Shown here piece by piece: positions 45,981 through 59,659 of a DNA stretch of 64,000 nucleotides. Source of the stretch: Escherichia coli (GTDB lineage: Bacteria > Pseudomonadota > Gammaproteobacteria > Enterobacterales > Enterobacteriaceae); the NCBI RefSeq assembly GCF_050920415.1, contig NZ_CP169309.1; one strand, written 5' to 3'. Every line of letters begins with the position of its first letter. Positions within the stretch are counted from its first letter, which is position 1. The position numbers and the translations under genes are program-made. A model generated the notes under the pieces. The model saw nothing but the letters and a program-made list of their open reading frames with translations. It made no database searches and was not told where the DNA came from.

Positions 45981-47174
45981 ATGACAACATTACTTAACCC
46001 GTATTTTGGTGAGTTTGGCGGCATGTACGTGCCACAAATCCTGATGCCTGCTCTGCGCCAGCTGGAAGAAGCTTTTGTCAGCGCGCAAAAAGATCCTGAA
46101 TTTCAGGCCCAGTTCAACGACCTGCTGAAAAACTATGCCGGGCGCCCAACCGCGCTGACCAAATGTCAGAACATTACAGCCGGGACGAACACCACACTGT
46201 ATCTGAAGCGTGAAGATTTACTGCACGGCGGCGCGCATAAAACTAACCAGGTTCTGGGCCAGGCTTTGCTGGCGAAGCGGATGGGTAAAACCGAAATCAT
46301 TGCCGAAACCGGTGCAGGTCAGCATGGCGTGGCTTCTGCGCTTGCAAGCGCCCTGCTCGGCCTGAAATGCCGTATTTATATGGGTGCCAAAGACGTTGAA
46401 CGCCAGTCGCCTAACGTTTTTCGTATGCGTTTGATGGGTGCGGAAGTGATCCCGGTGCATAGCGGTTCCGCGACGCTGAAAGATGCCTGTAATGAGGCGC
46501 TACGCGACTGGTCCGGCAGTTATGAAACCGCGCACTATATGCTGGGCACTGCAGCTGGCCCGCATCCTTACCCGACCATTGTGCGTGAGTTTCAGCGGAT
46601 GATTGGCGAAGAAACGAAAGCGCAGATTCTGGAAAGAGAAGGTCGTCTGCCGGATGCCGTTATTGCTTGTGTTGGCGGCGGTTCGAATGCCATCGGCATG
46701 TTTGCTGATTTCATCAACGAAACCGACGTCGGGCTGATCGGCGTGGAGCCTGGTGGTCACGGTATCGAAACTGGCGAGCACGGCGCACCGTTAAAACATG
46801 GTCGCGTGGGCATCTATTTCGGTATGAAAGCGCCAATGATGCAAACCGAAGACGGGCAGATTGAAGAATCTTACTCGATTTCTGCCGGACTGGATTTCCC
46901 GTCAGTCGGCCCGCAACACGCTTATCTCAACAGCATTGGACGCGCTGATTATGTGTCAATCACCGATGATGAAGCTCTGGAGGCCTTCAAAACGCTGTGC
47001 CTGCACGAAGGGATTATCCCGGCGCTGGAATCCTCACATGCGCTGGCCCATGCGCTGAAAATGATGCGCGAAAACCCGGAAAAAGAGCAGCTACTGGTGG
47101 TTAACCTTTCCGGTCGCGGCGATAAAGACATCTTCACCGTTCACGATATTTTGAAAGCACGAGGGGAAATCTGA
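45981..47174 (+). CDS. trpB: tryptophan synthase beta chain
   Basis: 397-aa [28 protein letters not shown]... Confidence 0.96.
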   Translation: MTTLLNPYFGEFGGMYVPQILMPALRQLEEAFVSAQKDPEFQAQFNDLLKNYAGRPTALTKCQNITAGTNTTLYLKREDLLHGGAHKTNQVLGQALLAKRMGKTEIIAETGAGQHGVASALASALLGLKCRIYMGAKDVERQSPNVFRMRLMGAEVIPVHSGSATLKDACNEALRDWSGSYETAHYMLGTAAGPHPYPTIVREFQRMIGEETKAQILEREGRLPDAVIACVGGGSNAIGMFADFINETDVGLIGVEPGGHGIETGEHGAPLKHGRVGIYFGMKAPMMQTEDGQIEESYSISAGLDFPSVGPQHAYLNSIGRADYVSITDDEALEAFKTLCLHEGIIPALESSHALAHALKMMRENPEKEQLLVVNLSGRGDKDIFTVHDILKARGEI

Positions 47175-47980
47175 TGGAACGCTACGAATCTCTGTTTGCC
47201 CAACTGAAGGAGCGCAAAGAAGGCGCATTCGTTCCTTTCGTCACCCTCGGTGATCCGGGCATTGAGCAGTCGCTGAAAATTATCGATACGTTAATTGAAG
47301 CCGGTGCTGACGCGCTGGAGTTAGGTATCCCCTTCTCCGACCCACTGGCAGATGGCCCGACGATTCAAAACGCCACACTGCGTGCCTTTGCGGCAGGTGT
47401 GACCCCGGCGCACTGCTTTGAGATGCTGGCACTCATTCGCCAGAAGTACCCGACCATTCCGATCGGCCTTTTGATGTATGCCAACCTGGTGTTTAACAAA
47501 GGCATTGATGAGTTTTATGCCGAGTGCGAGAAAGTCGGCGTCGATTCGGTGCTGGTTGCCGATGTGCCCGTGGAAGAGTCTGCGCCCTTCCGCCAGGCCG
47601 CGTTGCGCCATAACGTCGCACCTATCTTCATCTGCCCGCCGAATGCTGATGATGATTTACTGCGCCAGATTGCCTCTTACGGTCGTGGTTACACCTATTT
47701 ATTGTCGCGTGCGGGTGTGACCGGAGCTGAAAACCGTGCCGCGTTACCTCTCAATCATCTGGTTGCGAAGCTGAAAGAGTACAACGCTGCGCCTCCATTG
47801 CAAGGATTTGGTATTTCCGCCCCGGATCAGGTAAAAGCAGCGATTGATGCAGGAGCGGCGGGCGCGATTTCTGGTTCGGCAATTGTTAAAATCATCGAGC
47901 AACATATTAATGAGCCAGAGAAAATGCTGGCGGTACTGAAAGCTTTTGTACAACCGATGAAAGCAGCGACGCGCAGTTAA
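47174..47980 (+). CDS. trpA: tryptophan synthase alpha chain
   Basis: 268 aa; start overlaps the trpB stop (tgATGg). Confidence 0.96.
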   Translation: MERYESLFAQLKERKEGAFVPFVTLGDPGIEQSLKIIDTLIEAGADALELGIPFSDPLADGPTIQNATLRAFAAGVTPAHCFEMLALIRQKYPTIPIGLLMYANLVFNKGIDEFYAECEKVGVDSVLVADVPVEESAPFRQAALRHNVAPIFICPPNADDDLLRQIASYGRGYTYLLSRAGVTGAENRAALPLNHLVAKLKEYNAAPPLQGFGISAPDQVKAAIDAGAAGAISGSAIVKIIEQHINEPEKMLAVLKAFVQPMKAATRS

Positions 47981-47987
47981 TCCCACA

Positions 47988-48014
47988 GCCGCCAGTTCCG
48001 CTGGCGGCATTTTA
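47988..48014 (+). terminator. trp operon terminator (trp t)
   Basis: gccgccag-ttccg-ctggcggc hairpin followed by atttt. Confidence 0.8.
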
Positions 48015-48360
48015 ACTATCTTTAATGAAGCAGGAAAAATCCTAAATTCATTTATTATTTATCTTTTTACCGTTTCGCTTACCCCTGACGTACGTTAACT
48101 TACGTCATTTTTCCGCCCAAAAGTAATATAATCAAACAAATTAATCCCGCAACAAAACACTACTAAAATCAATAATTTTCTCTAACCCACTTATTTCTTG
48201 GGTATTTATGAATATATCGAAACTCTTTTTCAAAATATATTTTTCACATTCCTTCTCACTTTGCTCAATTTGACTAATTCTCATTACCGACTAATTTTAA
48301 TGAGTGTCGACACACAACACTCATATTAATGAAACAATGCAACGCAACGGGAGAAATAAC

Positions 48361-48540
48361 ATGGCCGAACATCGTGGTGGTTCAGGAAATTTCGCCGAAG
48401 ATCGTGAGAAGGCATCCGACGCAGGCCGTAAAGGCGGTCAACACAGCGGCGGTAATTTTAAAAATGATCCGCAACGCGCATCCGAAGCGGGTAAAAAAGG
48501 CGGTCAGCACAGCGGTGGAAATAAATCAGGAAAATCCTGA
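48361..48540 (+). CDS. yciG: small glycine-rich stress protein YciG
   Basis: ORF trimmed to MAEHRGGSGNFAEDREKASDAGRKGGQHSGGNF..., 59 aa with KGG repeats. Confidence 0.85.
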   Translation: MAEHRGGSGNFAEDREKASDAGRKGGQHSGGNFKNDPQRASEAGKKGGQHSGGNKSGKS

Positions 48541-48632
48541 TCCGCCGTTAATTATTAATATCAGCTGACGTTGATAAAGATAATTGCCTCTGCGGGCCGT
48601 ATGGCTCGCAGTGATTTCACTGGAGTAAAAAT

Positions 48633-49133
48633 ATGAATATGAAGTCCATTGAAGATGTATTTATTCACCTGCTTTCAGACACCTACAGTGCAGAAAAACA
48701 ATTAACACGGGCACTGGCAAAACTCGCCAGAGCAACATCAAACGAAAAATTAAGTCAGGCTTTTCATGCGCACCTCGAGGAAACTCATGGACAGATTGAA
48801 CGTATTGATCAAGTTGTGGAATCTGAACCGAATCTGAAAATTAAGCGCATGAAATGTGTGGCAATGGAAGGTCTCATTGAAGAAGCTAATGAGGTCATCG
48901 AAAGCACCGAGAAAAACGAAGTGCGTGATGCCGCACTGATTGCCGCGGCACAGAAAGTCGAGCACTATGAGATCGCCAGTTACGGGACCTTAGCGACGCT
49001 GGCTGAACAATTAGGTTATCGTAAAGCAGCGAAGCTTCTGAAAGAAACCCTGGAAGAAGAAAAGGCCACCGACATCAAATTGACTGATCTGGCCCTTAAT
49101 AACGTAAATAAGAAAGCAGAAAATAAAGCCTGA
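48633..49133 (+). CDS. yciF: DUF892 ferritin-like stress protein YciF
   Basis: 166-aa ORF. Confidence 0.88.
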   Translation: MNMKSIEDVFIHLLSDTYSAEKQLTRALAKLARATSNEKLSQAFHAHLEETHGQIERIDQVVESEPNLKIKRMKCVAMEGLIEEANEVIESTEKNEVRDAALIAAAQKVEHYEIASYGTLATLAEQLGYRKAAKLLKETLEEEKATDIKLTDLALNNVNKKAENKA

Positions 49134-49178
49134 AATATGAACTTTAACTTTTAGTCATTTTATAAAGAGGACATTTTC

Positions 49179-49685
49179 ATGAATCGTATTGAACATTATC
49201 ATGACTGGTTACGTGACGCCCACGCAATGGAAAAGCAAGCAGAATCTATGCTTGAATCCATGGCCAGCCGCATAGATAATTATCCTGAGCTACGCGCTCG
49301 TATTGAACAACATGTTAGTGAAACCAAAAACCAGATTGTACAACTGGAAACTATTCTTGATCGTAATGACATTTCACGCTCAGTCATTAAAGATTCTATG
49401 AGTAAAATGGCTGCACTTGGGCAGTCAATCGGTGGTATATTCCCTTCTGATGAAATAGTCAAAGGCTCTATTAGCGGATATGTCTTCGAGCAATTTGAAA
49501 TCGCCTGTTACACCTCACTATTAGCAGCAGCAAAAAATGCCGGTGATACAGCTTCAATTCCAACCATCGAAGCGATTTTAAATGAGGAAAAAGAAATGGC
49601 CGAGTGGCTGATTCAGCATATTCCGCAAACAACTGAGAAATTTTTAATACGCTCTGAAACTGATGGCGTAGAAGCGAAGAAATAA
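49179..49685 (+). CDS. yciE: DUF892 ferritin-like stress protein YciE
   Basis: 168-aa ORF, paralogous to yciF. Confidence 0.88.
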   Translation: MNRIEHYHDWLRDAHAMEKQAESMLESMASRIDNYPELRARIEQHVSETKNQIVQLETILDRNDISRSVIKDSMSKMAALGQSIGGIFPSDEIVKGSISGYVFEQFEIACYTSLLAAAKNAGDTASIPTIEAILNEEKEMAEWLIQHIPQTTEKFLIRSETDGVEAKK

Positions 49686-49708
49686 TACCCTTTATACCAT
49701 GTCCTTAT

Positions 49709-49737
49709 TGACCCCGTATATTACGGGGTCGTTTTTA
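49709..49737. terminator. bidirectional terminator between convergent yciE and ompW
   Basis: accccgta-tat-tacggggt hairpin followed by cgttttta. Confidence 0.7.
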
Positions 49738-49744
49738 TGCGGAA

Positions 49745-50383
49745 TTAAAAACGATATCCTGCTGAGAACATAAACACCCACGGATCGAGGCGTACGCTAT
49801 CGTGTTGCTGTGCACCGCCCAGTTTATAATTGGCGGTGGTGTCAATATCCATGTACCACACTGACATATTCACCAACCAGTCACGGTTAATCAGATAATC
49901 AACCCCCACCTGCCCGGCAGCTCCCCAGGAATCTTTCAGACTGAGATCGGAAAGCCCCGCCTCTTTGCCATGATCGTTAAATCCATTATCAAAGAAGGTG
50001 GTGTAGTTAATACCTGCCCCAACGTAAGGACGGAATTTGCTGCTGGCATCACCAAAATACCACTGCGCCATCAGTGTTGGCGGCAGATGATGAACGGTTG
50101 CAATATCACCGGTCGCCCGGGTACCGATTTTATGGCGGAACGGCGTAGCTGCCAGTAATTCCACACCAATATTGTCGGTCGCCATATAAGTAAACGTCAG
50201 GCCCAGTTGAGTGTTATTGGTTACGCTAAATCCACCCAGACTTCCTAATGTACCACCAGCACCTTCTGTTGGACGTACAGTTGCAGAACCTGCACGCATA
50301 AAAAATTCGCCTGCTTCATGCGCAAAGGCACTGCCAGAGAGAAGAGTTGTTACTGCCAAAGCCGCCACTGTTAACTTTTTCAT
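49745..50383 (-). CDS. ompW: outer membrane protein W
   Basis: ORF trimmed to MKKLTVAALAVTTLLSGSAFA..., 212 aa; C-terminal GYRF. Confidence 0.93.
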   Translation of the reverse strand: MKKLTVAALAVTTLLSGSAFAHEAGEFFMRAGSATVRPTEGAGGTLGSLGGFSVTNNTQLGLTFTYMATDNIGVELLAATPFRHKIGTRATGDIATVHHLPPTLMAQWYFGDASSKFRPYVGAGINYTTFFDNGFNDHGKEAGLSDLSLKDSWGAAGQVGVDYLINRDWLVNMSVWYMDIDTTANYKLGGAQQHDSVRLDPWVFMFSAGYRF

Positions 50384-50737
50384 ATCCGCTCCGTCGTTAT
50401 GGTTATAAAAACGTGACGAATATACCCACATTGGAGTAACAAATGATCCTACACAGATCACATTATATATGATAATTCACCCTTTATTGATCTGGATTAA
50501 TTTAGAAGTTGCACTGTGAATCCTGGTTAATGTGATTTAAATCAATTCCTATATATTTCACTACGCAAACATTAACTCGCTCGCCACTTGCTGCGGTTTG
50601 CCCATAGCTTAGACCCGCAATTACCTCCGCTTTACAAAGATATGCTTTTCCATACAAGACCTGATGCTGCCACCCGAGGCTTAACCAGGGTACAATTGCC
50701 CGCTAATTAACACCTGCATAAAACTCAAGGAGAGTGC

Positions 50738-51481
50738 ATGTCTATCACGGCGCAGTCCGTATACCGTGACACCGGAAATTTCTTCCGTAATCAATTTATG
50801 ACCATTCTGTTGGTATCGTTGCTATGTGCGTTTATCACAGTGGTGTTAGGGCATGTTTTCTCACCCAGTGATGCACAGCTTGCACAGCTCAATGACGGCG
50901 TGCCCGTTAGCGGCAGTAGTGGGTTGTTCGACCTGGTTCAGAATATGTCACCTGAACAGCAACAAATTTTGCTGCAGGCTTCAGCGGCGTCCACTTTTTC
51001 AGGATTAATCGGTAACGCCATTCTCGCCGGAGGCGTAATATTAATTATCCAACTGGTGTCTGCGGGTCAGAGAGTCAGTGCGCTTCGAGCTATTGGTGCC
51101 AGTGCGCCGATATTGCCAAAGTTATTTATTCTGATTTTTCTGACTACCCTTTTAGTACAGATTGGCATCATGCTGGTGGTCGTTCCGGGAATTATCATGG
51201 CCATTTTACTGGCTCTGGCACCGGTGATGTTGGTACAGGACAAAATGGGCATTTTTGCCTCGATGCGTAGCAGTATGCGGCTGACATGGGCGAATATGCG
51301 TCTGGTGGCACCCGCAGTACTGAGCTGGTTGCTGGCAAAAACACTATTGCTACTTTTTGCCTCTTCTTTTGCCGCATTAACCCCGGAAATTGGTGCCGTA
51401 CTGGCGAACACTTTGAGCAACATGATTTCAGCCGTACTGCTCATCTATCTGTTCCGCCTGTATATGTTGATTCGCCAATAA
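50738..51481 (+). CDS. yciC: UPF0259 inner-membrane protein YciC
   Basis: 247-aa polytopic membrane ORF. Confidence 0.85.
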   Translation: MSITAQSVYRDTGNFFRNQFMTILLVSLLCAFITVVLGHVFSPSDAQLAQLNDGVPVSGSSGLFDLVQNMSPEQQQILLQASAASTFSGLIGNAILAGGVILIIQLVSAGQRVSALRAIGASAPILPKLFILIFLTTLLVQIGIMLVVVPGIIMAILLALAPVMLVQDKMGIFASMRSSMRLTWANMRLVAPAVLSWLLAKTLLLLFASSFAALTPEIGAVLANTLSNMISAVLLIYLFRLYMLIRQ

Positions 51482-51510
51482 CCTTAAGCATTTGATTACG
51501 GAATCGTAAA

Positions 51511-52050
51511 ATGAAGCAGTTTCTTGATTTTTTACCGCTGGTTGTCTTTTTCGCGTTTTACAAGATTTATGACATCTATGCGGCTACTGCGGCGCTGATC
51601 GTCGCCACGGCGATTGTGCTTATATATAGCTGGGTTCGCTTTCGTAAGGTTGAGAAGATGGCCCTGATCACTTTTGTTCTGGTGGTCGTCTTCGGTGGCT
51701 TGACGCTGTTCTTCCACAATGATGAGTTTATTAAATGGAAGGTTACTGTCATTTATGCCCTGTTTGCAGGTGCCCTGTTAGTCAGCCAATGGGTGATGAA
51801 AAAGCCGCTAATTCAGCGGATGCTGGGTAAAGAACTCACGCTGCCGCAACCGGTATGGTCGAAGCTGAATCTGGCCTGGGCTGTTTTCTTTATCCTTTGC
51901 GGTCTGGCAAACATCTACATCGCATTCTGGCTGCCGCAAAATATTTGGGTCAACTTTAAAGTGTTTGGCCTGACCGCTCTTACCTTAATCTTCACATTGT
52001 TAAGCGGTATCTATATCTACCGCCACATGCCGCAGGAAGATAAATCCTAA
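51511..52050 (+). CDS. yciB: inner-membrane protein YciB (intracellular septation protein A family)
   Basis: 179-aa membrane ORF. Confidence 0.88.
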   Translation: MKQFLDFLPLVVFFAFYKIYDIYAATAALIVATAIVLIYSWVRFRKVEKMALITFVLVVVFGGLTLFFHNDEFIKWKVTVIYALFAGALLVSQWVMKKPLIQRMLGKELTLPQPVWSKLNLAWAVFFILCGLANIYIAFWLPQNIWVNFKVFGLTALTLIFTLLSGIYIYRHMPQEDKS

Positions 52051-52154
52051 CCAGACTGCCAGTCCTTCGGGGCTGGCACTGTATCTCCTCTGTTCTCCTC
52101 AGGAAAATCATAGTAGCATCGCGCCTGTGATTTTCCTTTTAAGTCGGTTTTACC

Positions 52155-52553
52155 ATGTCTACAACACATAACGTCCCTCAGGGCGATCTTGTTTTACGTA
52201 CTTTAGCCATGCCCGCCGATACCAATGCCAATGGTGACATCTTTGGTGGTTGGTTAATGTCACAAATGGATATTGGCGGCGCTATTCTGGCGAAAGAAAT
52301 TGCGCACGGTCGCGTAGTGACCGTGCGGGTTGAAGGAATGACTTTCTTACGACCGGTTGCGGTCGGCGATGTGGTGTGCTGCTATGCACGCTGTGTCCAG
52401 AAAGGGACGACATCGGTCAGCATTAATATTGAAGTGTGGGTGAAAAAAGTCGCGTCTGAACCCATCGGGCAACGCTATAAAGCGACAGAAGCATTATTTA
52501 AGTATGTCGCGGTTGATCCTGAAGGAAAACCTCGCGCCTTACCTGTTGAGTAA
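52155..52553 (+). CDS. yciA: acyl-CoA thioesterase (hotdog fold)
   Basis: 132-aa ORF. Confidence 0.9.
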   Translation: MSTTHNVPQGDLVLRTLAMPADTNANGDIFGGWLMSQMDIGGAILAKEIAHGRVVTVRVEGMTFLRPVAVGDVVCCYARCVQKGTTSVSINIEVWVKKVASEPIGQRYKATEALFKYVAVDPEGKPRALPVE

Positions 52554-52555
52554 TA

Positions 52556-52586
52556 GTCAAAAGCCTCCGGTCGGAGGCTTTTGACT
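52556..52586. terminator. bidirectional terminator between convergent yciA and tonB
   Basis: tcaaaagcctccg-gtc-ggaggcttttga palindromic hairpin. Confidence 0.8.
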
Positions 52587-52592
52587 TTCTGC

Positions 52593-53312
52593 TTACTGAA
52601 TTTCGGTGGTGCCGTTAATTTTAAACAGGATATTCACCACAATCCCACTGCCTGGCTTACCCGGCTCATAACGCCATCTGCGCATCGCATTTTTCACCTC
52701 ACGCTCAAACATGTTCGCAGGCTTGGCTGAGAGGATTTGCACGTTATCCACGCGACCATCCGGCGTGACATCAAATTTAACTTTAACCTGCCCTTCAATG
52801 CGCAATGCCTGTGCTCGTGCCGGATACTGCGGCTGATTGCGACTTAATGCGCGTGGTCCTGAAGCCACACTTGTAACCGGCTTGCTGGTTGCAGCCGTCG
52901 CCGTACTTGATGTCGGGCGCGCGGGTGCCGTATTTTCAAACGGTGATGCCGGACGCGACTCTACGGGTTTGACATCGCGTTTTGGCTGCTCCTGTACCTT
53001 TTTCACCGGCTTCGGTTTTGGCTTAGGTTTCGGCTTAGGCTTTTCAATGACCACCGGTGCTTCTTTTGGCGGTTCAGGGATCGGCTCAGGTTCCGGTTCT
53101 GGCTCTACCACCGGCTCCGGTGGCGGCTGAACGGCTTGTGGCGGTTCGAGATCCGCAGGCGCAACCATCGTGACAGAAATTGGCTGCGCAGGCGCAGGTA
53201 GTTCAATAACCTGATGTACCGAGGTATAGAGCAGACCCGCCACAACAGCACCATGAATGCAGACCGAAAGTAACGTCGGCCAGGGGAAGCGGCGAGGTAA
53301 ATCAAGGGTCAT
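52593..53312 (-). CDS. tonB: TonB energy-transducing protein
   Basis: ORF trimmed to [17 protein letters not shown]..., 239 aa; (EP)n and (KP)n proline-rich repeats. Confidence 0.95.
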   Translation of the reverse strand: MTLDLPRRFPWPTLLSVCIHGAVVAGLLYTSVHQVIELPAPAQPISVTMVAPADLEPPQAVQPPPEPVVEPEPEPEPIPEPPKEAPVVIEKPKPKPKPKPKPVKKVQEQPKRDVKPVESRPASPFENTAPARPTSSTATAATSKPVTSVASGPRALSRNQPQYPARAQALRIEGQVKVKFDVTPDGRVDNVQILSAKPANMFEREVKNAMRRWRYEPGKPGSGIVVNILFKINGTTEIQ

Positions 53313-53535
53313 TGAAGTCATAATCATTTCAGCAGAAAAACCAGGCCTCGATTTTAAATGCAAATAGCAATCATATTCAATAAGGCAAGACGATCAGGAT
53401 CAGTGAAAATGTCATTTTTGGCGTAATTGACCTTACTTTATGCATGGTCTTAACAAAGACATCATCTTTCCGTTGCAGATCTTCGCCCTTTCAAATAACG
53501 TACTTTACAACTTTCCCGAACAAGGAGTTGTGCCC

Positions 53536-53832
53536 GTGTTGTATGTTATTTACGCTCAAGACAAAGCTGATAGCCTCGAAAAACGCCTTTCCGTTCGTCC
53601 GGCACATTTAGCACGTTTACAGTTACTGCATGATGAAGGTCGATTGTTGACCGCCGGTCCAATGCCAGCAGTAGACAGTAACGATCCAGGGGCTGCGGGA
53701 TTTACTGGCTCAACCGTTATTGCTGAATTTGAATCGCTGGAAGCAGCTCAGGCCTGGGCCGATGCTGACCCGTACGTGGCGGCAGGAGTCTATGAACACG
53801 TTTCAGTGAAACCATTTAAGAAAGTGTTCTGA
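53536..53832 (+). CDS. yciI: YciI-like protein (98 aa), GTG start
   Basis: SD caaGGAGtt then GTG at 53536; product (M)[27 protein letters not shown]... Confidence 0.8.
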
Positions 53833-54132
53833 ATAGAGATTCAATATTTAAGGGCACGGTTTTAGCAACCGTGTTCTAGTTTGGCCTTTCCTTATAGGTC
53901 TGTCAGTGCATTCACCCCCACAAGCAGATAATAACTTTATCTGTATTTCTTTATATGATGTGAGCATATTCAGGAAAAATGCCCTTTCCTGACGCAGAGT
54001 TGCTCACTCAAAACCTTTGATTACTTCAGATAAAGTCATCTACTATTGTTTAACACATTCACGTGCTGCATGTATGTTCAGAAAATGTGCACGTTGAGAT
54101 AATTAAACAAAATTGTGGTTACAGAGGTATCA

Positions 54133-55386
54133 GTGAGTCACTGGACTACATTCAAACAAACAGCAACAAATTTATGGGTGACCCTACGGCACGACATTCT
54201 CGCGCTGGCCGTCTTTTTAAATGGATTGCTTATTTTTAAAACAATCTATGGTATGTCGGTCAATTTGCTTGATATTTTCCATATCAAAGCCTTTTCAGAG
54301 TTAGATCTCTCCTTGCTGGCAAATGCCCCACTCTTTATGCTCGGCGTCTTTCTTGTCCTGAACTCCATTGGCTTACTGTTCCGGGCAAAGCTCGCATGGG
54401 CAATCAGTATCATTTTGTTGTTGATAGCGCTAATTTACACCCTGCATTTTTATCCCTGGCTGAAATTTAGTATTGGATTTTGCATTTTTACGCTGGTGTT
54501 TTTGCTGATACTGCGCAAAGACTTCTCCCACAGTAGCGCCGCAGCCGGGACAATTTTCGCATTTATTAGTTTCACGACGTTACTGTTTTACTCCACCTAC
54601 GGTGCGCTTTATTTAAGCGAAGGTTTTAATCCGCGAATAGAAAGTTTGATGACCGCGTTCTATTTTTCGATAGAAACCATGTCAACCGTCGGCTATGGCG
54701 ATATTGTCCCTGTTTCTGAATCAGCACGATTGTTCACTATTTCGGTCATTATTTCCGGCATTACCGTTTTTGCCACCTCCATGACTTCAATTTTTGGTCC
54801 GCTTATCCGCGGGGGATTCAACAAACTTGTAAAAGGAAAAAATCATACAATGCATCGTAAAGATCATTTTATTGTTTGCGGGCATTCGATTCTCGCCATC
54901 AATACGATTCTGCAACTGAATCAACGCGGACAAAATGTAACGGTTATCAGCAACTTGCCTGAAGATGATATCAAGCAACTTGAGCAACGCTTAGGTGATA
55001 ACGCTGATGTTATCCCCGGTGACAGTAATGACAGTTCAGTATTAAAGAAAGCAGGAATCGATCGATGCCGGGCCATTCTGGCGCTGAGTGATAACGATGC
55101 TGATAACGCGTTTGTTGTACTATCGGCAAAAGATATGAGCAGTGATGTCAAAACAGTTCTCGCCGTCAGTGATAGCAAAAACCTGAATAAGATTAAGATG
55201 GTACATCCGGATATCATTCTCTCGCCGCAACTGTTTGGCAGCGAAATTCTGGCACGAGTTTTAAATGGTGAAGAGATTAATAATGATATGCTCGTTTCAA
55301 TGTTGTTGAACTCCGGTCATGGTATTTTCAGCGATAACGATGAACAAGAAACGAAAACTGACAGCAAAGAATCGGCGCAAAAATAG
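54133..55386 (+). CDS. kch: voltage-gated potassium channel Kch
   Basis: K+ selectivity filter TVGYGD; RCK/TrkA-N domain; GTG start proposed (417 aa). Confidence 0.9.
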   Translation: MSHWTTFKQTATNLWVTLRHDILALAVFLNGLLIFKTIYGMSVNLLDIFHIKAFSELDLSLLANAPLFMLGVFLVLNSIGLLFRAKLAWAISIILLLIALIYTLHFYPWLKFSIGFCIFTLVFLLILRKDFSHSSAAAGTIFAFISFTTLLFYSTYGALYLSEGFNPRIESLMTAFYFSIETMSTVGYGDIVPVSESARLFTISVIISGITVFATSMTSIFGPLIRGGFNKLVKGKNHTMHRKDHFIVCGHSILAINTILQLNQRGQNVTVISNLPEDDIKQLEQRLGDNADVIPGDSNDSSVLKKAGIDRCRAILALSDNDADNAFVVLSAKDMSSDVKTVLAVSDSKNLNKIKMVHPDIILSPQLFGSEILARVLNGEEINNDMLVSMLLNSGHGIFSDNDEQETKTDSKESAQK

Positions 55387-55440
55387 AGTTTGAAGACGAA
55401 AGGGCAAACTTATTGGGCACCGCAATGGTGCCCAGAACAT

Positions 55441-55614
55441 TTAGATATTGTAGATCGCAAACAATAACGAGTTACGCTGTTTGTTTAGAATGCACTTCCT
55501 GATGCTGTGGATACGCATATTTCGGCGCGACTGCCCCTCAAGCCAACGCGATTTACGTCGGCTAGCCTGACGCTGCATGCGCCAGCGCCCCACTTCCGTT
55601 CTACTCCGCTTCAT
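55441..55614 (-). CDS. yciY: small basic protein YciY (57 aa)
   Basis: Internal start of the 94-aa ORF gives MKRSRTEVGRWRMQRQASRRKSRW..., 57 aa, matching my recollection of YciY; no strong SD seen. Confidence 0.45.
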   Translation of the reverse strand: MKRSRTEVGRWRMQRQASRRKSRWLEGQSRRNMRIHSIRKCILNKQRNSLLFAIYNI

Positions 55615-55756
55615 GTTAACTACTCTATGCAATAACAGAATGGTCATTATACCCCCGACCCCGACGCTGACCAGTGCTTTTCCCGCGTTTTTATTTGCCA
55701 GATGAATCCATATGCGTAAACTCATAACAATGCGCTTTCAAAAGGATTTCTAATCT

Positions 55757-57581
<1,825 letters not shown>

Positions 57582-57602
57582 ATAATCGCTTTTGCCATGA
57601 AA

Positions 57603-57632
57603 AAGGGCTGACAACTGTCAGCCCTTATTTTG
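57603..57632. terminator. bidirectional terminator between convergent yciU and oppF
   Basis: gggctgaca-ac-tgtcagccc hairpin followed by ttattttgttt. Confidence 0.7.
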
Positions 57633-57633
57633 T

Positions 57634-58638
57634 TTAAAGCGGATCGACTTTCAGGCAAGACACGGCGTGTCTGAAACTCCCCTCCAGCACAGGACGTGTT
57701 TTGGCACACTCTGGACCGGCAATCGGGCAACGGGTACGGAAAACACAACCGGAAGGCGGGTTGATCGGCGACGGTAATTCCCCTTCCAGTAACTGGATAG
57801 TTTTGTTCTTCTCCAGATCCGGATCAGGTATGGGGACTGCCGACATCAATGCCCTGGTGTAAGGATGTAGCGGATTGTGGTAGACCTCATCATAGGTCCC
57901 CAGTTCTACCGCATGGCCGAGATACATCACCAGCACACGATCGGAAATGTGTTTTACCACGGCCAGGTCGTGAGCGATAAAAATTAATGACAATCCCATC
58001 TCGCGTTGCAGCTGCTGGAGCAGGTTGACCACCTGCGCCTGAATTGACACGTCCAGCGCCGACACCGGCTCATCACAGATAATCAGCTTCGGTTCAAGAA
58101 TAAGAGCACGAGCAATCCCGATACGCTGGCACTGCCCACCAGAGAACTCATGCGGATAGCGGTTAATCAGGTTAGGCAATAACCCGACTTTCAGCATCAT
58201 CGCCTTCACGCGCTCGCGAACTTCCTGGCGTGACATTTTCGGATGATAAGTACGCAGTGGTTCAGCGATGATCTCGCCGATGGTCATACGCGGGTTAAGC
58301 GATGCCAATGGATCCTGGAAAATCATCTGAATATCACTGCGAACGGCACGCCATTCATCGGGCTTCATGCCCAGCAACTCTTTACCTAACCAGGCAACAT
58401 GACCGTCGGTCGCTTTAACCAGGCCAATGATGGCGCGAGCAAAGGTGGACTTACCGCATCCCGACTCCCCTACCACACCTAATGTTTCCCCTTCATACAG
58501 GCGAAGAGTTACACCATCTACGGCTTTGAGCGTTTTCGGCGGTTGCCAGAACCACTGTTTGCCATCTTTGATTTCAAAGTGCACTTTCAGATCGGCGATT
58601 TCGAGGAGGACTTTTCTTCCTTCGGTTACAGCATTCAT
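57634..58638 (-). CDS. oppF: oligopeptide ABC transporter ATP-binding protein
   Basis: 334 aa; Walker [10 protein letters not shown]. Confidence 0.95.
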   Translation of the reverse strand: MNAVTEGRKVLLEIADLKVHFEIKDGKQWFWQPPKTLKAVDGVTLRLYEGETLGVVGESGCGKSTFARAIIGLVKATDGHVAWLGKELLGMKPDEWRAVRSDIQMIFQDPLASLNPRMTIGEIIAEPLRTYHPKMSRQEVRERVKAMMLKVGLLPNLINRYPHEFSGGQCQRIGIARALILEPKLIICDEPVSALDVSIQAQVVNLLQQLQREMGLSLIFIAHDLAVVKHISDRVLVMYLGHAVELGTYDEVYHNPLHPYTRALMSAVPIPDPDLEKNKTIQLLEGELPSPINPPSGCVFRTRCPIAGPECAKTRPVLEGSFRHAVSCLKVDPL

Positions 58639-59648
58639 AACAGTTCCTCCACCGGTTTAAAGCAAGCACGCAGACGGCCAGGCGTAAACTCTTCCAGCGG
58701 CGGTGCGCTACTACAAATTTCCATCGCATGCGGACAACGTGGCTGGAACGGGCAACCTTTCGGTAATCGCAACAGGTTTGGCGGATTACCCGGGATGGTC
58801 AACATTGTTTCACCTTCCGCATCGAGACGCGGCACCGCGTTGAGTAAACCGATAGAATAAGGATGAACGGGTTGATAAAAGACATCGCGCGCGTTGCCAT
58901 ATTCCATCGTGCGCCCGGCGTACATTACCAGCACTTTGTCGCAGATCCCTGCCACCACGCCAAGATCGTGGGTGATCATAATGATGGCGGTATTAAATTC
59001 CCGCTTCAGTTCATTCAATAGCGTCATGATCTGCGCCTGTACGGTGACGTCCAACGCAGTAGTGGGTTCATCAGCAATCAGCAGCTTAGGTCGACATAGC
59101 AATGCCATCGCAATCATGACTCTTTGACGCATGCCGCCAGAAAATTCATGCGGAAACATCTTCATGCGTTTACGCGCTTCCGGCATTTTTACCGCATCGA
59201 GCATCCGCACCGACTCTTCAAACGCCTCAGATTTGCTCATGTTCTTATGCAACATCAGCACTTCCATCAACTGCTCACCGACGCGCATATAGGGATTCAA
59301 CGAAGTCATCGGATCCTGAAAAATCATTGAGATTTGTTCAGCACGCAGTCTATTGAGTTCACGCTCTGGCAAATTGAGGATTTCACGCCCATTGAAGGTT
59401 GCCGATCCGCCAATACGTCCGTTGGCAGCCAGCAGGCCCATCAACGCAAATGCAGTTTGCGATTTACCCGAACCAGACTCACCTACAATGCCCAGCGTTT
59501 CTCCGGCACGTAGGGAAAAATTCAAATCATTGACCGCCGTGACGTCGCCGTCCGGGGTACTAAAGGTGACACGCAAATCTTTCACGTTCAGCAGTGCGTC
59601 AGCCTGTTGTTGTGCGAGCGGCACAGTTGCAGTTTCAATTACGCTCAT
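58635..59648 (-). CDS. oppD: oligopeptide ABC transporter ATP-binding protein
   Basis: 337 aa; Walker [10 protein letters not shown]; overlaps oppF by 4 nt. Confidence 0.95.
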   Translation of the reverse strand: MSVIETATVPLAQQQADALLNVKDLRVTFSTPDGDVTAVNDLNFSLRAGETLGIVGESGSGKSQTAFALMGLLAANGRIGGSATFNGREILNLPERELNRLRAEQISMIFQDPMTSLNPYMRVGEQLMEVLMLHKNMSKSEAFEESVRMLDAVKMPEARKRMKMFPHEFSGGMRQRVMIAMALLCRPKLLIADEPTTALDVTVQAQIMTLLNELKREFNTAIIMITHDLGVVAGICDKVLVMYAGRTMEYGNARDVFYQPVHPYSIGLLNAVPRLDAEGETMLTIPGNPPNLLRLPKGCPFQPRCPHAMEICSSAPPLEEFTPGRLRACFKPVEELL

Positions 59649-59659
59649 GGCTGCACTCC

